From positions 512,001-576,000 of the forward strand of contig CBDCWG010000012.1 in the NCBI GenBank assembly GCA_965223345.1: DNA of 64,000 nucleotides. Reading direction: 5' to 3'. This document shows, one piece after another, positions 62,586 through 64,000 of the stretch. Each line of letters starts with the position of its first letter. Positions within the stretch are counted from its first letter, which is position 1. The position numbers were made by a program, and so were the translations under genes. The DNA comes from Nitrospinales bacterium (GTDB lineage: Bacteria; Nitrospinota; Nitrospinia; Nitrospinales; VA-1). The notes below the pieces were generated by a model. It made no database searches, was not told the origin of the DNA, and was given only the letters and a program-made list of their open reading frames with translations.

Positions 62586-62945
62586 TTGAAGAAGATGAGT
62601 CCTGCCTACGAAAAAATCTATGCGGCTGTGAAGCAAATTCCCCGCGGCCGGGTTGCCACATATGGGCAGATCGCCGAAATCGCAGGGCTACCGCGGCAGC
62701 CCCGTCGGGTCGGTTACGCCCTGCATGCCCTGCCCCCCTCTCACGCGATACCTTGGCATCGGGTGATCAATGCCAAAGGCGAAATCAGCAGGCGGTCAAA
62801 ACCGGGCTGTGAAAAACGGCAACAGGAGCTGCTGGAGAATGAGGGAATTGAAATGGACGCCGCGGGCCGGATTTCACTGTCTCGATATCGCTGGCGGCCG
62901 AAGCCACAACCTGCGTGTGGACACGCAGACTCATTGACGGAATAG
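62586..62945 (+). CDS. Alkyltransferase-like protein (Atl/YbaZ, MGMT family)
   Basis: 'IPRGRVATYGQIA', 'RRVG', 'PWHRV' (Trp in place of the active Cys). Confidence 0.9.
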   Translation: MKKMSPAYEKIYAAVKQIPRGRVATYGQIAEIAGLPRQPRRVGYALHALPPSHAIPWHRVINAKGEISRRSKPGCEKRQQELLENEGIEMDAAGRISLSRYRWRPKPQPACGHADSLTE

Positions 62946-63254
62946 ATTCAAACCAACAGTTTGACAATCAAATCCTTCCCGGCTTTTTCCGGCGCCCCCC
63001 TTTAATTGAAACAAATTTCGGGGTTTCAGCCCCAGTTCCCGAAATCCTGGGAATGCTGTTCTGGACTCCGAACCCATTTTGCTATCAAAGAGAAGTCTTA
63101 ACCTGCCCTCCGCTCTTCTCGCTTCTTCACAGGAATCCACCCTCTTTTCATAAATTTACTTCGAATTTCTGAGAAATTTTTGCCGAGGTTTTGCTACAGT
63201 AGAAAAAATCTCCGCCAGTCATCGGTTTGATTCTGCATCGTGAAAGGAAAAGCA

Positions 63255-64000
63255 ATGCCTTGTAAAAAATCCGTCCTCATTTCAATTTTCTTTTCATGGG
63301 CCGTTTTTTTCCTGTCCGCCTCCCTGAGCTACGCCAATTTATGTCCCAACCCGTCCCCACAGGCTTCGCAAGTCTTCAGAGATTTTAAGAAGGTCTTGAA
63401 TGCCGAATACTTCGATAAAAGAGTGAGTGAGAAAGAATATATAAGAATCTGTGAAGAAAGGTATAAAAGGGGTAGTGAGGAACATATAAACTTATGTAAC
63501 AACTTTAATAAAGATTTTTTGAATTGGATAATGATCGGTCATGCTTTGGGCCGGTTGGCTCCGGCCGTTCAAGATCAACCCGACCGAAGAATCGCTTTTG
63601 ATTGTGTGCAGCTGGGACTTGAACAAATAAATGCATCAGAGATAACGGAATCCTATGTGCCTTCCTTATTTTTCAGGGTAATGATGCAAGCGGGCTATGG
63701 GATGCACGACGATAAATTGGATATACTCATCAAGGGTGGCCTCTCCACGGAACCGCTCTACGATGTGTTGGGTGGAAAAATCAAAACTCCAACATCATCA
63801 AAGAGGCCTGAAGGGGGAAAATCCCCCGCTGATAAAACCACCCCCAGGACGACTCTTAAAGACCCTGTGGTGTCTGGAAGCGTTTCTGCGCCAGGAGGTT
63901 CGTCCAGTGGCGGGAAGGTGGCCGGGGCGGGTTCTTCGGAAGGTCATTGTTCCAACTGGATGACCCTGAGCTTTTCGGATAGTAAAGGCGAACTTGATCC
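63255..64000 (+). CDS. Secreted hypothetical protein, incomplete (runs off the window)
   Basis: RBS AAAGGA; MPCKKSVLISIFFSWAVFFLSASLSYA signal peptide; frame open to 64000; AT-rich codons. Confidence 0.75.
   Translation, partial: MPCKKSVLISIFFSWAVFFLSASLSYANLCPNPSPQASQVFRDFKKVLNAEYFDKRVSEKEYIRICEERYKRGSEEHINLCNNFNKDFLNWIMIGHALGRLAPAVQDQPDRRIAFDCVQLGLEQINASEITESYVPSLFFRVMMQAGYGMHDDKLDILIKGGLSTEPLYDVLGGKIKTPTSSKRPEGGKSPADKTTPRTTLKDPVVSGSVSAPGGSSSGGKVAGAGSSEGHCSNWMTLSFSDSKGELD

Noticed and set aside
62586..62945. Inactivated O6-methylguanine methyltransferase as a novelty
   Set aside because: PWHRV is the normal signature of the known Atl family

Overview
A gene-dense, GC-rich bacterial chromosomal window with about 60 CDSs. 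I found no rRNA, tRNA, CRISPR array or recognisable transposase/integrase. The overall style resembles a marine Nitrospina-like bacterium, but that is an unverified impression. The left part holds housekeeping genes (NSS transporter, purM, glutamate dehydrogenase, yjbQ) and a signalling block: two hybrid histidine kinases, an Rcp1-like response regulator, one intact and one degenerate REC-GGDEF paralogue, and a REC-HD-GYP. The middle holds a Rieske/FMN glutamate-synthase-like protein, an FG-GAP protein, a Cyc2-like cytochrome-porin preceded by a strong Fur box, methyltransferases, a TetR locus with two visible operators, a CarH-like B12 photoreceptor divergent from a CbiX chelatase, rtcB, an Aas-type fusion, and a TIR-TPR / small protein / STAS-like cluster. 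The right ~11 kb is more AT-rich in patches and partly decaying: an esterase pseudogene, an SSS symporter + NagX-like + GH20 hexosaminidase cluster, a YciI fragment abutting a truncated carbamoyltransferase, an sxtJ-like pseudogene, an sxtK-like gene, an Atl protein and an incomplete secreted ORF. The most unusual signals are (1) an unannotated structured minus-strand element at ~30185-30400 with 15 nt perfectly complementary to the 16S rRNA 3' end and a 14-codon mini-ORF, (2) the Fur-box Cyc2-like gene, (3) the TIR-TPR cluster and (4) the CarH-cbiX-peroxidase locus. All family assignments come from motif recognition by eye, not from database searches.
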